From NCBI GenBank assembly GCA_015060005.1, contig SUZI01000002.1, positions 218,177 through 282,176 on the forward strand: 64,000 nt of DNA. Direction: 5' to 3'. The position numbers were made by a program, and so were the translations under genes. The stretch is from Rikenellaceae bacterium. Its GTDB lineage: Bacteria; Bacteroidota; Bacteroidia; Bacteroidales; Rikenellaceae. This document shows, one piece after another, positions 62,124-64,000 of this stretch. Numbering within the stretch: position 1 is the stretch's first letter; each line of letters begins with the position of its first letter. Under the pieces are notes generated by a model, which saw only the letters and a program-made list of their open reading frames with translations, did not search any database and was not told the origin of the DNA.

Positions 62124-63779
62124 ATGAGAAAATTAACAGCAATTCTATCTTTGAGTCTGGTTTTGTTATCTGCTCCTGTGGCGGCAGACGGAGAGATTGA
62201 CAAATTGATAATCACTTTAGACAATCGTATCGAGCAGCGTGATACCTATCGGGCTAATCGTGTGCAGCGTATCGAGTCATTGATGGCTCTTTACAAGAGC
62301 GAGTCGAGCTCGGCGGAGCGTCTGTATGCTCTCAACGAGCGGTTGATTGAGGAGTATATAACTTTTCAGGCAGACTCGGCTATCAGCCTTTATCAGCAGA
62401 ATTTATCGTTGGCTCGTACCTTAGGCGATATGTTGCTTTTCGAGCGTGCAGCGATAGGTCTTGCTCACTTTTATGCCTCTACGGGACTCTATTATGAGGC
62501 GTCAGAGATTTTGTCGCACGTCGACACGTTGTCGCTCCCTCAGCCGATGCTTTTGGACTATTATATCTCGCAGCAGAAGCTCAACGATGAGTTGCGTCTC
62601 TACTCCAACGATGCTACGCAGGCTTCTCGTTCGTTGCGGTTGGCGAAGTATTACAATCGTGAGATTTTACGCCATAGCGACATAGGCTCTTATACGGCTC
62701 GCTGTGCCGAGTTGTGGAGTGCTGTTCAGCGAGGTGATGACGATGCTGCCGTAGAGCTCACGCAGCAGATTATGGAGCAGGTACCCGAGCTCTCTCGCGA
62801 GTGGGCTACTGCCGCCTTTATGAGGGCTCTTGTCGAGCAGAATAAGAGTAATAGTCAGGGCTTTATCGAGTGGATGATACGGTCGGCACTCGTCGATATG
62901 CAACTTGGCATACGCGATTATGCGGCACTCAAGAGTATCGCCTCACACTATTCGCGTACCGATGTCGAGCGTTCTATGCGATATATGCGTGTTGTTATGG
63001 ACGATGTCCAGGCTTTCAATTCGCGTCTGCGACCTTGGCAGGATGCTATGATTTTGCCCGAGATAGAGAAGGGCTATCACTCCTATACCGAGCGTATGGC
63101 AGCCGAGCACCGTTTGTACATCTATCTGTTGACTGCGTTGGTCATCGTTGTCGTGCTGCTGTTGATTTACGTGGTCTTCCAGAATAGACGTCTGCGTGAT
63201 GTGCGACGCACGATGCGAGATGTCAACCTGAGCCAGCAGGCATCTGTTGAGGAGTTGCGTGAGGCTACCGAGCGACTCACCAAGCTCAATGTGCAGATTA
63301 CCGAGGCTAATGGTGTCAAGGAGGAGTATATTGGTATTTTTCTTCAGGTCTGCTCCGAGCATATCGATAAGATTGTCGCGGAGCGTCGACAAATCCTCAA
63401 GCAGCTCCGTGCGGGCAAGGCTGAGGAGCTACGTAAGCAGCTGGATACTCCCGAGTTGGAGCACTCCGAGCTCAAGCAGTTTTACAATCTCTTCGATAGC
63501 ACATTCCTGCGACTCTATCCCACTTTCGTTGAGGAGCTTAATGAGCTGCTGGCTGAGGACTCTCAGATTATCCCTCGCAAAGGTGAGTATCTCAATACTG
63601 AGCTTCGTATTTTTGCTTTGATACGACTCGGTATTAGCGATACGCCACGTATAGCTTCGCTGCTTCACTATTCGCTGTCAACTATCTACAACTACCGCTC
63701 CCGTATACGTTACCGCGAGGGCATAACGCGAGAGGAGTTCGAGCGTCGTCTGCGTACGATAGGCTCTTTCAATCGCTAA
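62124..63779 (+). CDS. Transmembrane TPR/HTH one-component regulator (DUF6377-like), paralog of 46641-48323
   Basis: Signal peptide, TM LYIYLLTALVIVVVLLLIYVVF. C-terminus RIFALIRLGISDTPRIASLLHYSLSTIYNYRSR. Divergent from the PUL 2 SusC. Confidence 0.6.
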   Translation: MRKLTAILSLSLVLLSAPVAADGEIDKLIITLDNRIEQRDTYRANRVQRIESLMALYKSESSSAERLYALNERLIEEYITFQADSAISLYQQNLSLARTLGDMLLFERAAIGLAHFYASTGLYYEASEILSHVDTLSLPQPMLLDYYISQQKLNDELRLYSNDATQASRSLRLAKYYNREILRHSDIGSYTARCAELWSAVQRGDDDAAVELTQQIMEQVPELSREWATAAFMRALVEQNKSNSQGFIEWMIRSALVDMQLGIRDYAALKSIASHYSRTDVERSMRYMRVVMDDVQAFNSRLRPWQDAMILPEIEKGYHSYTERMAAEHRLYIYLLTALVIVVVLLLIYVVFQNRRLRDVRRTMRDVNLSQQASVEELREATERLTKLNVQITEANGVKEEYIGIFLQVCSEHIDKIVAERRQILKQLRAGKAEELRKQLDTPELEHSELKQFYNLFDSTFLRLYPTFVEELNELLAEDSQIIPRKGEYLNTELRIFALIRLGISDTPRIASLLHYSLSTIYNYRSRIRYREGITREEFERRLRTIGSFNR

Positions 63780-63806
63780 TATGCGGGGGAGCCCTCCTCC
63801 TCGCTG

Positions 63807-63880
63807 TTCTATTTTTTGCGACTTTAGTATCCTTTAGTGCTCTTTAATACCCCTTTTAGCCCCTTTTGCCCCCTTTTATC
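63807..63880 (+). repeat. Third, diverged copy of the intergenic repeat family
   Basis: TTCTATTTTTTGCGACTTTAGTATCCTTTAGTGCTCTTTAATACCCCTTTTAGCCCCTTTTGCCCCCTTTTATC. Related to the cores at 23346 and 35428 and followed by a CT-rich stretch. Confidence 0.7.
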
Positions 63881-64000
63881 TCTCTTCGCCTCCCTTCACT
63901 CTCCCTAAAAATCGACAATTTTATCCCATCATAGGTCAAAAAATGCTAATAATTGGAAATTATTAGTATATTTGCTTTTTGAAACTGAAACAATTGATTA

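Noticed and set aside
1-64000. A search for rRNA, tRNA, tmRNA, SRP RNA or riboswitch-like elements in the intergenic regions
   Set aside because: I could not recognise any cloverleaf-compatible or otherwise familiar conserved RNA sequence by eye. An Infernal/tRNAscan run is needed to be sure.

Overview
The window looks like a Bacteroidota chromosome segment, probably a Prevotella-like Bacteroidales. Evidence is the SusC/SusD gene pairs, many lipoprotein signal peptides ending in Cys, and TTTG/TAnnTTTG-type promoter boxes. All family calls come from reading motifs in the ORF-track translations; no database search was run.

Layout:
- 1-10978: plus-strand glycan-degradation cluster (lipoprotein, GH2, SGNH esterase, GH78, GH92). 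No SusC/D pair lies inside the window.
- 11288-12924: two unknown lipoproteins.
- 13231-23097: housekeeping block (kbl, Lrp/AsnC, argS, GH43, HAD, ComEC, outer-membrane barrel, galE, porin).
- 23098-35520: a repeat-bounded accessory island, the most interesting part of the window. About 16 co-directional minus-strand genes plus one divergent gene: a voltage-gated-type ion channel, a KAP P-loop NTPase, a PD-(D/E)xK-like protein, a TerB-like protein, a membrane-anchored OmpA-like peptidoglycan-binding protein, a transmembrane Hanks-type kinase, three paralogous small proteins built from a tandem ~50-aa module, several small membrane proteins, and two unlisted micro-ORFs.
- 35975-48323: PUL 1, a beta-glucan locus (SusC, SusD, surface lipoprotein, BACON-LRR-GH16, GH3) with an adjacent transmembrane TPR/HTH regulator.
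- 48512-51183: a CotH-like lipoprotein and a TrmH-family methyltransferase.
- 51271-63779: PUL 2 on the minus strand (SusC, SusD, GH30, surface lipoprotein, GH3; beta-1,6-glucan-like architecture) with a paralogous regulator.

I recognised no rRNA, tRNA, CRISPR array, integrase or transposase.
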